From: Trypanosoma brucei
Taxonomy: Eukaryota
NCBI GenBank assembly: GCA_000002445.1
Contig: CP000067.1
Coordinates: 1,056,001 to 1,120,000, forward strand
DNA length: 64,000 nt
Direction: 5' to 3'
Below, piece after piece: positions 41,801 through 52,502 of the stretch. How positions within the stretch are numbered: position 1 is the stretch's first letter; every line of letters begins with the position of its first letter. The notes below the pieces were generated by a model that worked only from the letters and a program-made list of their open reading frames with translations, was not told the DNA's origin and did not search any database. Made by a program: the position numbers and the translations under genes.

Positions 41801-44605
41801 CTAAACTGCTGTGGCCAGTTTATTCTCGACCACCCTCAGTACATCATCCATCCCCAGTTTCTTCGCTTTTTCTTCAACAAATCGCCACACAACTGGCGAT
41901 GCCCGCACCCGCCTCAGCGGTGTCCGTTGAAGCAAGCACACAAACTTCCCAAGATCTTCACGCGTAAGCAGTAATTCGCGCGGAGGCCGAAGGACAATGC
42001 TGTTCCCCTCCGTAATGACCTCCTCCCCACCACCGTCCAGCTTAGCGATAATACTTCTGCTGAGATGCCGTTCCACAGCTGGCTTTAGAGCATTGGAGAA
42101 AGCTTGAGCGAAAAGGTCTGCCGCCTCAAGCACATCGAAAGCACTAACTTCTGTTAGTGCCTGCTTGAAGTCCACTTGCAGAACGCCAGGTGTGGGGCGG
42201 TACTGACCGTAGGTGTTATAGTCGTTTACGATAAGGATGCGGTGAAGGGTTTCGCGCACGTCAATGTCCAACTGGCTGTAATATTCGTCATCACCTTCTG
42301 CATCATTTACACGACGCCGTTCAGCACAAAGCCGTTCAATATGCCCCGACACGTCCGGATGTTGTTGCTGTCGGCAAAGATCCGTGAAGACGTCAACGTG
42401 CGTCAATGAAACGATATGTAACTTCATTAGAAGGTACATTCGCTCTGCAAAGAATTCCATCAAGCGGGTGAGTGGGTCCAACGCCTCAAGTGGCACATCG
42501 TCCTTCATTTGAATCTTTAATAAAACAACTGCAACGGCACACATATCCCCAGGTCGTATTGGGGATAACGTGGTCATTGCACACGCAGCGGCATCAGCGC
42601 TATCGCTACTTTTCCCATCAGAGTGGCTGAACGAGGCCGAGCTGGAGTACACTGCCTCACATAACGATATGAGCTTTACAAGGTTGCGGGGTACCGGTAC
42701 GTCAGGCGGCGCCACCAGGCGGACCATTTGCAGCACATCTGCGGGTACAACATTTGTTGGACCAAGGCTATCGGCCATGAAGTCGATGACAGGTTCGATG
42801 AGGTCCAAATCCGTCGTCCTGAAGAGAGACATGGCGCGAAGTAAACGTGTAAAACTCGGTGGTGGGAAGGCCCGCAATGTGGGAAGAATGAGCGGCACAG
42901 TTGTGGGTCGTAAGTACTGTTGATGCGGTGCGCCAAAGCGTGCAAGAACAAGGAGAAGCTTGGTAAACATTGACGGTTTTAGTTCCGTTAGCCTCTTGAA
43001 CCGCTCCCGTGCTCTCAGGTTCTGTAGCAGATGCGGGTCCAAATCCCCGATGAATGCGACGTCGGAAGCTCCTTCAGATGTGTGTGTTGCCTTTAAATCC
43101 CCCGCGCCAGTAGTATTAGTTACAGTTGGGTTAGAACTACTTGTGGAGCCACCGCATCCGCTCTCATTAGTCGCACCGTTTTCGTTGGTCGTAGCGGCGG
43201 TAATGTTAGAGCTGCCTTGAAGTTGGGCCAAGCGCAGCCGTTTCTTCTCCGCTTTAATGTTGGAATCAATTGTCTCCAAAATGCAGTCCGCAAGAAACCG
43301 AAAAGTGTTCATCTGATCGTGGCCCATTTTGTAAAGGTTAACGGACGCTCGGTAACTAGGCAATGAGCCTAACTTTTTCCGTTTGTTGAGCACAGCAAAA
43401 CGCCGACCTAAGAGCGCCAGGAAACGTTTAGGTGGAACGATCTTAGCGCGAGCAAAAGCCGTGAGCACACGCACCAATTCGTGTGGATCTTTGTAGTGAT
43501 TAATGTGGTGAACTAAAAACATACCCATCGCCTGAAAGAATTGCAGGTCCCGCTTTCTACGACCAGCACTCATGCCCATAACAATGATGCACCGCAGCAC
43601 TGTCTCGGGTGACATTTCCTCGGCCGCACGAAGGATGATAAGGTCTGAAGTTTTCTCCTCTGCCTCGTGCACGTACACTGCACCTCCTTGTTCATCATAA
43701 TCATCAGCTTCCTCCTCCACGGCACCACCATCCCTGTTATCATTACCACTCTCCCCCGCAGCCGCCGGCCGCTTGGAGGCGCTCTTTGCCGCCGCGGTTG
43801 CAATAAGTGCAATTCTGTCACGAACCATATCCTTGAAGGTTGTACCGTACCGCACAAGTGTGGAACGGGCCCAGTGGCATTCCACAACATCCAGCAACTG
43901 GCTGACGTGGAATTCATTCAGACGCTCCATGAGAACAGGAAAAAAGATATGTTCCTCATCGGCGGACACCAGCCGTGGGTTCTTCGTCGCACGCAGGTAA
44001 AGAGTCACAGCCTCCACCAACTCCTCTAGGGAAAGCGAGCGCACACAAGCTTGTCGTTCAAGTGTGCTGCGACTCACCGTCATTTCCTCCGCCTGTGACA
44101 AAGGCACCGCGCCCCCTTCTCCTTCATCGTCCCTGTTGGCCAGCAGCGGGTCTGTCGGTTTCCCTGATGGTGGGATCGCCAAGCCCCGCTTCTCCAGCGC
44201 ACCTCCATCATTGTGTCTTTTGTATACGTTTTCCGCTTCAGCCAACGAATTTGTTCCTACACCCTCTTCGTCCCCTTCGGCTTCTAACTCCCCTAAATCG
44301 TCCCCATCGCCTTCCATTCCCGAGTCACCGGAAGTGGAGAAGCGCATGGGTTCCACCATGACACCAGAGAGCGCCGACTGCTTCGACCGAGAGGAAGTTG
44401 TGGATGCCACCTCCTGCTCGAGATCGTGCAGTTCCGCCATTTCCTCATCAGAAGGGACAACGCGCCTGATGCCGCTGCGTCGCGGTTTGGGCGGTGTTGT
44501 GCCATCGCTGTTATCCGTAGAGACGTGGCGACACATAACGTGGCACGCTGACAACCTCTGGTGTAGCGTCTGATAGCCTACAGTCCGACGATAAAGACGG
44601 TACAT
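41801..44605 (-). CDS. Large hypothetical protein with an N-terminus resembling a mitochondrial presequence (MYRLYRRTVGYQTLHQRLSA...). The track ORF extends to 44680.
   Basis: Arg-rich amphipathic N-terminus at the internal ATG ('cat' at 44603-44605 verified). The body is helical-repeat-like and Leu-rich, with an acidic/Gly/Ser insert (EAEGDEEGVGTN...). Confidence 0.5.
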   Translation of the reverse strand: MYRLYRRTVGYQTLHQRLSACHVMCRHVSTDNSDGTTPPKPRRSGIRRVVPSDEEMAELHDLEQEVASTTSSRSKQSALSGVMVEPMRFSTSGDSGMEGDGDDLGELEAEGDEEGVGTNSLAEAENVYKRHNDGGALEKRGLAIPPSGKPTDPLLANRDDEGEGGAVPLSQAEEMTVSRSTLERQACVRSLSLEELVEAVTLYLRATKNPRLVSADEEHIFFPVLMERLNEFHVSQLLDVVECHWARSTLVRYGTTFKDMVRDRIALIATAAAKSASKRPAAAGESGNDNRDGGAVEEEADDYDEQGGAVYVHEAEEKTSDLIILRAAEEMSPETVLRCIIVMGMSAGRRKRDLQFFQAMGMFLVHHINHYKDPHELVRVLTAFARAKIVPPKRFLALLGRRFAVLNKRKKLGSLPSYRASVNLYKMGHDQMNTFRFLADCILETIDSNIKAEKKRLRLAQLQGSSNITAATTNENGATNESGCGGSTSSSNPTVTNTTGAGDLKATHTSEGASDVAFIGDLDPHLLQNLRARERFKRLTELKPSMFTKLLLVLARFGAPHQQYLRPTTVPLILPTLRAFPPPSFTRLLRAMSLFRTTDLDLIEPVIDFMADSLGPTNVVPADVLQMVRLVAPPDVPVPRNLVKLISLCEAVYSSSASFSHSDGKSSDSADAAACAMTTLSPIRPGDMCAVAVVLLKIQMKDDVPLEALDPLTRLMEFFAERMYLLMKLHIVSLTHVDVFTDLCRQQQHPDVSGHIERLCAERRRVNDAEGDDEYYSQLDIDVRETLHRILIVNDYNTYGQYRPTPGVLQVDFKQALTEVSAFDVLEAADLFAQAFSNALKPAVERHLSRSIIAKLDGGGEEVITEGNSIVLRPPRELLLTREDLGKFVCLLQRTPLRRVRASPVVWRFVEEKAKKLGMDDVLRVVENKLATAV

Positions 44606-45253
44606 CAAGCTAATTTTATTGACTTGACCTACAAACACATAATGAGGAGAAGTGGAGGGAGAGAGAGAGTATATCCCCAATGTTTTTTATTGGTGTAAAA
44701 AATAAAATAAAATAATAACGTGTGTCCCAAACAGAATAACGCAAACTACGCGACTGGTGTGAACGACACATCGTCGAAAAGAAATCATGCAGCACACTTA
44801 ACAACCCCCCCAGTGCGAGCATACAACTCAGAAATCAGTAAATGCAGACATCTGCGAACAGAGAAAAAGGAACTGTGGAAGCATAAACTGGACCACACAG
44901 CTCCCCTTCATGTTGTGTACGTAACAAATTGCGGCCATGTCCCAAGTCATCATTTCGTGCGATGATGTTTACTTCAAACTTCACTTCGCGGATTAGCTTT
45001 GCCTGGCCTCAGCCTACTGTCGGCCGCGACACATCGATGCGCATGAAGGCGAATCAACTTGTTAGATAAGTGGCACAACTGAAAAGGAACAATCCGCATT
45101 CGCGTGGTTGACGTGATACAGAGACCACGCAAAATCCCACCAAATACCCTCCTCAACTGCACAACTAGCTCCAGTTGCGCACGTATTACCCACATCTCAG
45201 TACCTTTGAGGCTCCTTAATTTGCCTCTTTAGCTGCTCACTCAGCCCTGTGGA

Positions 45254-47944
45254 CTAATAAAGCACCTTCGCTAACATTTCCTGTGCCATTTGCTGCTCCT
45301 GCTCCCCACCAAATCGGCGCGCCAGTTCCACCGTAAAAATCCAGACGAAACGCTGCTGCTTAACCAAGACCAACGACGACTCCTCCATCAGCAGTTGCAT
45401 GAAGTGACGCACTTTTGCTGCGTTACAGCGGCGTTGCCCGAACAAACGGAGCACATCCTCGTCGGTTGAGGTGGCGCTTATATTCGCCCGCCTTATGCGG
45501 CCCTCGACAATAGCGTTAACGCGTCGCTCCACCCACACAGGTAGTGCTCGAGGCGGTGTAGAGGAAATACGGTGAGGCGAACTCAATGGAACGACGCCCT
45601 CAACACAAGAGGCATTGGCTGAAGGAAAAGAAGAAGGCTGAAGATGTACCCGCCACATGGCTCTGGCACCAACAACAATGTTGTACAACCCGACGTGACT
45701 AAACGTGTCATTCAGCCGATCCTCCTCCTTTTGTGTGATCGGCGAGCGCATGATCATCTGCATCTCAAACAAGTAAATTAGCTCATCATACACCTGACGC
45801 GCTGCCCTGCACAGCTCAGCAGTAGAACGGGAGGTCACCTCGCCCACCTCACCAGAATCCTCCAATTCTGCTGCGTTGTACGGGAACTCCGCCATCGGAA
45901 TCAACGTGTCATTCTCTTTATTCAAGACACTCTTCGCAAAAGTTATACGCGCGTTCGCCGCAGCATTGCGCTCCTCCCACAGTTTGATGGATTGCGTATA
46001 TTGAAGTGGCTTTGCGCGCATGCCGAGAATAACCGTGAGCTCAATGAAGCGGGAAACGACGGTCATCGGCACCACGCCCACCTCGAGCATAGCACGCAAC
46101 GGCGCTGCGAGTCTTTCTACACACGAACGTACGTTGACGCCAACAGATGACGATGGGTCGTGGCGACGAGAAAGATCATATAACACTTCCGCCCAACCAA
46201 GCAGCTGCGAGGCTCGCATATACCAGCCATATGTCTTACATAAAGATATGACATGATCAACAAGTGGTGTGAGGGTGAGTTGTGAAAGCAGAACTGGCTT
46301 CTGAAGCGCCGTGCGCAAGACCGCCTTGCTCACGCTAAGCGAAACTGGATAATTCACCCCGCGCCGTACAATTTCATTCGCCATCGATTGCAAAAGCGTT
46401 GGCGAGTCGCAGTGTGTCTTTCGAACAAAAAAAGACAACTGCAACAACTGCCCTCGGTCCAAATAATGTACCATTGGCGCCAGGAGAAAGTCCGATGTCC
46501 TCGCAAGTGATGCATGGAAGTCAACACCCAGTTCGCCCGCGATGCTCAACAGCGAGAGCAACTCCTTCGGAGTGAGGTCCGCTGATTTTTTTACGCGCTG
46601 GGTGATTGTTTGCCTTGACATTGGGCGCTTTTGAGAAGTGGCTTCACATGATCCAATAGCATCCACCTCAAGGGCAATATTTTTTAGAGCCTTGTCAACA
46701 AAGTCGTAAACGGTAGAGACATCGTTGCACCAGCATTCCTTTCGAAGTACTCGTAAAACACGGAATAGCTGCCTAGTTGTAAGTCCAGAAAACACATGAC
46801 CCACCGTATAGTTGCGCTTGGTGTCATTAATATTACCCTCCTTATTATCGTTGTTGCTTTTGATATCGGTTTCCCCACAGTCCTTTCCCTTATCACCAGG
46901 AGCGCTGCAGACGGCAGTGTCACCCTTGTGCCCGCTCTCACATTTCCCCAGCTGCACCGTGTCTCCGAATCTATGCCTCAGCGAGCGATTCAACTGCGCA
47001 AGCCTCCCCACAACACGCCTCCAAAAGTGATTGGGTGCATGTGTGCCCGCTTCATTCACCGACCACATCAAAACTATGATAGGCTCAGGGTTTTGTATTG
47101 TGTTGACGTCAAGGAGCGCCCGTTCTACAATAGAGCTCATGAGCGATATGTGCCCATGAAAGAGCCGCGGGCACTGCGACAGTACCGTCCGCGCGCCATC
47201 TGGTGCAAGCTTACCCTCTCGCAGTAACTCCGCAATCCACGACATAAGGCTGCGCTTCAAAAAAGAAAGGCAACGGCTGCCGGAAAGATCCGTAAATTGT
47301 GCGGGCCAGCGCAGTTTAAGTAACCGAGCGACTTCAATGAGGGGAACCTCGCGCCGCTCAACAACACGTGTAACTTCGTTCAGAAGAATGTCCCGGTGAA
47401 GCACCGGAAGTCGCTGCCGCCGTGCACGAATGACCAAATAGTGGCGTCGCACTGCAGGTATCTTAGAGCGGCAGAGTTTTTCCAGAAGAGCCTCACTGCG
47501 AATATACGCCCGAAGTACCCTGAGGAGCCGCCGTGGGTCTACGGGCTGCGGCGTGACATCGACAGCCACAGTTCCCTCAGCTGCTTCTTTTGTCTCCTCC
47601 GCACAAGCGGCGGTTGTGATGACGGTGCTTCTTTTCGTTTCCCTCTCTGAGGTGCACGCCATCGACATCAGAATTTTTACGGTCCCTGTGACTGTGCGCT
47701 TTCGGGCCCTGCTTTTCGGTGCAAGATATGTGGTACACGCTCCACCTTCCGCTTTCACTTCCCTTTTACTCTGATCAGTGCTAGCAAATGTCGTCGCTGT
47801 CCCCAACGTGTTCGTCCACGTTGAATTGATAGGCTGAAAACCTGCGGCTGTTGCACCCGCCGGGCTCAATGAAGTTATGAAGCGAACATGCATAACACTT
47901 ATCATTGGGCCGCACCCCCGGGGGAGAAGACTAAGACATCGCAT
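45254..47944 (-). CDS. Large hypothetical Leu-rich helical protein. The start is uncertain: ORF maximum 48064, candidates 47944 (MRCLSLLPRG...), 47905 or 47893.
   Basis: The first ATG (48064) lies only 120 nt from the stop of the upstream FtsJ gene (48185), too short for polyadenylation plus splice-acceptor signals. A pyrimidine tract ('cttagtcttctccccc' on the minus strand) lies just upstream of the 47905 and 47893 ATGs. Confidence 0.5.
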   Translation of the reverse strand: MRCLSLLPRGCGPMISVMHVRFITSLSPAGATAAGFQPINSTWTNTLGTATTFASTDQSKREVKAEGGACTTYLAPKSRARKRTVTGTVKILMSMACTSERETKRSTVITTAACAEETKEAAEGTVAVDVTPQPVDPRRLLRVLRAYIRSEALLEKLCRSKIPAVRRHYLVIRARRQRLPVLHRDILLNEVTRVVERREVPLIEVARLLKLRWPAQFTDLSGSRCLSFLKRSLMSWIAELLREGKLAPDGARTVLSQCPRLFHGHISLMSSIVERALLDVNTIQNPEPIIVLMWSVNEAGTHAPNHFWRRVVGRLAQLNRSLRHRFGDTVQLGKCESGHKGDTAVCSAPGDKGKDCGETDIKSNNDNKEGNINDTKRNYTVGHVFSGLTTRQLFRVLRVLRKECWCNDVSTVYDFVDKALKNIALEVDAIGSCEATSQKRPMSRQTITQRVKKSADLTPKELLSLLSIAGELGVDFHASLARTSDFLLAPMVHYLDRGQLLQLSFFVRKTHCDSPTLLQSMANEIVRRGVNYPVSLSVSKAVLRTALQKPVLLSQLTLTPLVDHVISLCKTYGWYMRASQLLGWAEVLYDLSRRHDPSSSVGVNVRSCVERLAAPLRAMLEVGVVPMTVVSRFIELTVILGMRAKPLQYTQSIKLWEERNAAANARITFAKSVLNKENDTLIPMAEFPYNAAELEDSGEVGEVTSRSTAELCRAARQVYDELIYLFEMQMIMRSPITQKEEDRLNDTFSHVGLYNIVVGARAMWRVHLQPSSFPSANASCVEGVVPLSSPHRISSTPPRALPVWVERRVNAIVEGRIRRANISATSTDEDVLRLFGQRRCNAAKVRHFMQLLMEESSLVLVKQQRFVWIFTVELARRFGGEQEQQMAQEMLAKVLY

Positions 47945-48184
47945 ATTTTTCTCTACTCTATACTTCTCGCCAATTTTCCGAGGTTCTATGAAAGGGTACA
48001 TAAAAAAAAAAGGCAGCAACTTGTCCTGAAGGCAAAATTTGGCAGAAAACAACTTGCCGAACAATCTGGTATCTCGATTTAGTTTCTATACCAAGAAAGA
48101 TACAGGGGACTGAGACGTTAATGGCACCAGCGTCACCGACCACGAGGGGGTAATTAAAGGGTAGTTCGTCTTCAATAGTATACA

Positions 48185-49039
48185 CTAGTCCACGCGACTG
48201 CAGTTAATGCAAGGCGCAGCACCCATGCAGTACATGTGGCACCCCCAACAACGCCACACAATCTGCCGCCCCGGTAGCACGTCTTCCGAAAAGGGCGGTA
48301 GGCTCAGCAAACGTTGTCGCTGATTCAAAAATAGTGGGTTCCGCCGGTTCCTAGCGTGACTCATGAAACCGCGTGCCACAACATACGTTTCACTGCTAGC
48401 AGCGTTGCACTCTGCTGGCCTGTGGACAGAAACATGGCGGAAGTATGCTTTCATGGCGCTAAGCACCTGGTTAAAATGGGCTGACCGCATTGCCTTGGTT
48501 ACAAACGTTGGTCCCTGCGGTTCCGCTTTGGAAGAAGATGCTAAGCCATCCTCTGCGCGAGGAGGCTGACGGGTACCGGCGGGCTGTGAGGATAAAAGAA
48601 ATAGCGCACACGCTAGCCGCAACGCCCCTACTGCCATTTGGTTCTGAGCGTACGTAACAGAGAAGGCAGAGTGTGACTTAGCGACTGACACTCCGTCATG
48701 CAGAACAACGTCCACCTGCCTGTCTGCACCGTCACCGACTCCTCGCCGCTGAATGAACTCTTCCACACTGGCGATAACACGTTTATGATCGTTAATGTTG
48801 CACTGCACCACGTGTAAGTCCCGTGCCGCCTTCATCGGGCGAGTATCAAACGCGATAACAAGTGGTTTTACGGGAGGTCGTGACGTCACATCCTCCGCAG
48901 CTGTCATGCGCTGCAGTGCCACTTCCGAAAACCCTCCCGGTGCAGCGGCGAGGTCCACAACTGTGCGGCAACACCCGCCGAAGAGGGAGAACTTGTCGTC
49001 GAGTTCCAGCAGTTTGTAAGCGGAACGGCACCTGTACAT
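48185..49039 (-). CDS. FtsJ/RrmJ-like ribosomal RNA 2'-O-methyltransferase (MRM2/Spb1 family)
   Basis: The N-terminus 'YRCRSAYKLLELDDKFSLF...VVDLAAAPGGFSEV' matches the FtsJ signature 'RSRAAFKL.EI..K..L.....VVDLGAAPGGWSQV'. Confidence 0.8.
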   Translation of the reverse strand: MYRCRSAYKLLELDDKFSLFGGCCRTVVDLAAAPGGFSEVALQRMTAAEDVTSRPPVKPLVIAFDTRPMKAARDLHVVQCNINDHKRVIASVEEFIQRRGVGDGADRQVDVVLHDGVSVAKSHSAFSVTYAQNQMAVGALRLACALFLLSSQPAGTRQPPRAEDGLASSSKAEPQGPTFVTKAMRSAHFNQVLSAMKAYFRHVSVHRPAECNAASSETYVVARGFMSHARNRRNPLFLNQRQRLLSLPPFSEDVLPGRQIVWRCWGCHMYCMGAAPCINCSRVD

Positions 49040-49994
49040 TTGTTTCCCCCTTCCCTACGGACAAAATAAGAGGCGCACTGAGCGTGTCCCTGGGCTACTG
49101 TCTGCGACGCCTTCGTCGCAGCTGATTTGTATGTGCGCAGGAAGCGTAAAGGTGATATTTAAGTAAAGGAACATAAAATATAGGGTAGATATGGAGCTCA
49201 AGAGAGCATAGTGCGGTTTGTTTAGATGCACCCCCTTTTTGTCATATTTTTCACGATGGAATGTGACTAGTGCTGTGGCCGACATTCATGGTTGCTTCGA
49301 CCCTCCTTCCCTGTAATTTATGTTACCCACTCCTCTTCTAAACAAAAGTATTTCAAACTACTCACCTCATAACAAACATGATATATATATAAGTAGTGGG
49401 GTGATAAAGGCTTGGAGTAAGAGAGAGATGAAACCCACGCTTCTCACTCCTGTATACAGCCAGCGGATGCGAAATCGCTAGGGCCCACCGCGTGGCGTAA
49501 ACACAATGTAGGACCGTTCGAACAAGAGAAAATCCCAAAAAGAGGAGGTGGCGCCGGATGAAGTAATTGTGTATGTATGCGTAGTGCTCTCTCCATACTC
49601 AGAAGGGAATAAAAATCTAAAAAATAAGACAAAAGTCAAAAGACGGGTAAAGCTTTGCGCCACTCAACTTAGACAAGTTAAACTGCGATATCAAGGTCTC
49701 CGAAAATGTAAAGCACCTACTGTAACGTACCTGGTGCCAAACCAGTGTAGTTATGGCGTAACACTAGCAACAGCAATGTGTATCTATATCCCTGTACACA
49801 TACATGAAAGTCTACCGAGGGGAGTAGAGGATCCTCCCCTTCTCTATTTATATCTATCCGTGGAGTCTATTCTTGTAGAGAGAGAGAGCTCCCCCTGTCC
49901 AGAAGTACAGCTGCCGTTACCACTTCTTTCCTGCGAGTGTGTATTGGTGGGTCGTATGGTGCCTTTTACACAAACGCGCGACTCTTGCTAGTGA

Positions 49995-52502
49995 CTACAC
50001 GGGGTGTTTCAGTAGAGAATCAAAACAGCGGAGGGTGGCCTCCCGCCATTTCAGAAAACTCGGACTGGCACCCGCTGTGGATAGGCCCAACGTGCCAAAC
50101 ACAAGTAACCCCACCGTTGTGAAGTCGAATGTCAGCAAGCCTGAGGCACCGAGGAGCGGGAGGAGTACGTCCAGTACAAGTCTATAAATACGCAGTGCAC
50201 TAACGGCTTTCACATCGTCATCACCTTCCGTCTTCTTTTGGGAAACTGTTGTGTTTACTCTGCCGCTGAGTTTGGCCTTCTCATTTCGTGAGCGAGTGAG
50301 GAAAGCCTCCTGCGTTTTACGGCCACTCAGTGCGTCTTGAAGATTTCGCCGTTCCTCCTCAAGAAGCTGTCGCACCGAGGGAAGTAGCGCGACGCTGATG
50401 ACACCGGTTTTTTCGATATCCATTACCGCGAAAGCCTTCCGCAAGAGTGTTGTGCGTGTCACCCTCACTTTCCGCTTCACCTCACGGGCGTTGGAAGGGG
50501 CTGTTTCCTGCTCGCACGCCGCGTACACATTCATGTTTACCTTCCACGATGCTACAGTGTAAAGCTGCATCGACTCATAGAACTGTTCGCGCTGCTTTGG
50601 CGTGAGGCGTACGCCGGTAAGGAAGAACAACTCATCTCTCGACGACGGAGGCCAAGCGACGCCGGACAACTCGGCAAACTTTGCCAATGCGTCATCTCGC
50701 ACCTCCTTACTGATATTCTCGAAGCGTGAATTGCCTGTTTTTTCCGTTTTGGGTGGTCGCGGCCGCCTCGCCTTGCGTGTAAGAGGCCACCGACGTTTGT
50801 TCGGACTGGGAATACGCAAGGTTCCGATACCGGTTTCATAGCAGCCCCCCAAATGGTTAGCAGATGGCTTATTTTCATCGGTTAAGCGACCACAACCCGT
50901 CGACATTGCACCCGGCGACGTGTGGGCCCCTCCAGCATTTGTTCTTCCCCTATTCCCCGACCTGTTGCTATCTTTCCGAGTCTTCTTGAAGAGATCAGAA
51001 AAGCAGAGGGGCCTGCTCGTTTGACTCGGCCTCTCTTTTTCAGCCTTTCCCTCCCAAACGTTCGTACCTCCCTCACGTGTGCGCACAATCCGCTCCGTCA
51101 GTTGCACCACTTCTTCCCGCTGGACGTCGTTAAACATTCGCCAGTACTCCGTGTGCACCTTAGCTTGAAGAACCATTTCTTCCACATCGGGGGCCTTCAA
51201 GGAAACTTTGCGTCCCGGCGTTTGTGGGAATGGGAGCGGCAGGAGTGTAGCGGCGTTGGGCACCAAACTAGCTATTGTCTCATTATCTTCCGCGGCTTGC
51301 CTTTCATTCAGGACCCGCCCCCCGGCCAAATTTGTGGTACGCGGGGCCAATCCTCCTTCGGCCGCGGGGCGCAGAGCAGTAGCTCCAGCCTTATTTAGAG
51401 TGTGCTTACCACCCACCTTGTACACGTTGAAGGTTGCGCCCTCTCCCGCTCCGCCGTTAGAGACGTGTTGGGGCGTACTGCCTCTACTGTTCGCCCGTGC
51501 AGACCCCGTCCCTACTTCCTTTGGGCCTTGTGCCTTTTTGGAGACACTAGTCCTTTTAGATTTTCTTTGTGCATTCCCAGACCCGGCGGCACGCTTCGAC
51601 ACTTTCTCTGAAGGGGACTTCGGTGATGGCGAGGTGGAGATCCGTTTTCCACCAGCGGCCAGCGGCACTGGAGGTGACTTCTCTGACGCTTCATCGGCAC
51701 TAGCAATAACAAAGCTTATGCTCTTCTCGGCACTGCTCGTGCCCTCCCCACCACCGGTTACTGGATCTTCAACCACAAAGCTAATGGTGTCATCGTGCGA
51801 GTTTTCCCGCTGGGAGTTAATCTTCTTGCCAATGGACGATTGCGTGTCCTCCACGAAGAAAACAAGGGAGTCATCTGCTGTCTCCATATTCACCAACTGT
51901 TGTCCCCTTACTGCAGATGCACCCCGTTTGGTTTCTGCCATCGAAGTGGTGGACTGCACTTTAAAAGATACGTTACGTGAAGCTCCTTCTGTATGAAACT
52001 GTATAGAATCGCTGTCATCAAAGTCGTCGTCACCTTCCGCGTCACCATGGACAACGAAATGTAAACTTGTCCCCTCAGAGGACTGCCCATGGCTCCTGCG
52101 GGAGGCCTGTGGAACTGCACTGTGAAGCGGAGGACGTTTGGACTCCTGAGTAACAGGGCGGTTACTTATGCTCCTAGAGAGGGCCTTCGCCTCTCCCCTG
52201 GTGCTTGGGGAATCAACGTCTGTTAGCTCTTTGAACTGAAGGGACTCTGTGTGGTCTGAGTCCCCTACGCCCTCATCGTTCAGCACCACAAATTTCGGCG
52301 TTGAGGCCGACGATGAGTACATCTGACCTTTTCGTGCTGTTGGCGACAGTACGCCATGGAGTGGTGGTCTGTTAAACTGCTGAGCAGAACCAGTCTTATC
52401 AACTCCCTGTGGCATAGCCCTTGAGCCGACAGAAACGTTTGGTTCTTCGTTGTCTGTGACCTCGTTAAACTGAATAGATTCCGTGTCGCTCATCTTCTTC
52501 AA
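49995..52502 (-). CDS. Ser-rich, low-complexity hypothetical protein (835 aa) with a repeated acidic-Ser-hydrophobic-x-Phe motif in the N-terminal third
   Basis: Long ORF dominated by S, G, A, K and E. It shows at least seven degenerate repeats such as DTESIQFNEVTD, HTESLQFKELTD, DSDSIQFHTEG, DDSLVFFVEDT, DDTISFVVEDP, EKSISFVIASADE and GTSLHFVVHGDAEGDD. Confidence 0.55.
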   Translation of the reverse strand: MKKMSDTESIQFNEVTDNEEPNVSVGSRAMPQGVDKTGSAQQFNRPPLHGVLSPTARKGQMYSSSASTPKFVVLNDEGVGDSDHTESLQFKELTDVDSPSTRGEAKALSRSISNRPVTQESKRPPLHSAVPQASRRSHGQSSEGTSLHFVVHGDAEGDDDFDDSDSIQFHTEGASRNVSFKVQSTTSMAETKRGASAVRGQQLVNMETADDSLVFFVEDTQSSIGKKINSQRENSHDDTISFVVEDPVTGGGEGTSSAEKSISFVIASADEASEKSPPVPLAAGGKRISTSPSPKSPSEKVSKRAAGSGNAQRKSKRTSVSKKAQGPKEVGTGSARANSRGSTPQHVSNGGAGEGATFNVYKVGGKHTLNKAGATALRPAAEGGLAPRTTNLAGGRVLNERQAAEDNETIASLVPNAATLLPLPFPQTPGRKVSLKAPDVEEMVLQAKVHTEYWRMFNDVQREEVVQLTERIVRTREGGTNVWEGKAEKERPSQTSRPLCFSDLFKKTRKDSNRSGNRGRTNAGGAHTSPGAMSTGCGRLTDENKPSANHLGGCYETGIGTLRIPSPNKRRWPLTRKARRPRPPKTEKTGNSRFENISKEVRDDALAKFAELSGVAWPPSSRDELFFLTGVRLTPKQREQFYESMQLYTVASWKVNMNVYAACEQETAPSNAREVKRKVRVTRTTLLRKAFAVMDIEKTGVISVALLPSVRQLLEEERRNLQDALSGRKTQEAFLTRSRNEKAKLSGRVNTTVSQKKTEGDDDVKAVSALRIYRLVLDVLLPLLGASGLLTFDFTTVGLLVFGTLGLSTAGASPSFLKWREATLRCFDSLLKHPV

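Noticed and set aside
51208-51996. 262-aa plus-strand ORF, plus other plus-strand ORFs such as 1719-2129, 4918-5229, 11541-11852 and 46796-47227
   Set aside because: They lie entirely inside well-supported minus-strand genes and have low-complexity, Pro/Ala/Ser-rich translations typical of antisense shadow ORFs. No plus-strand gene shows any domain signature.
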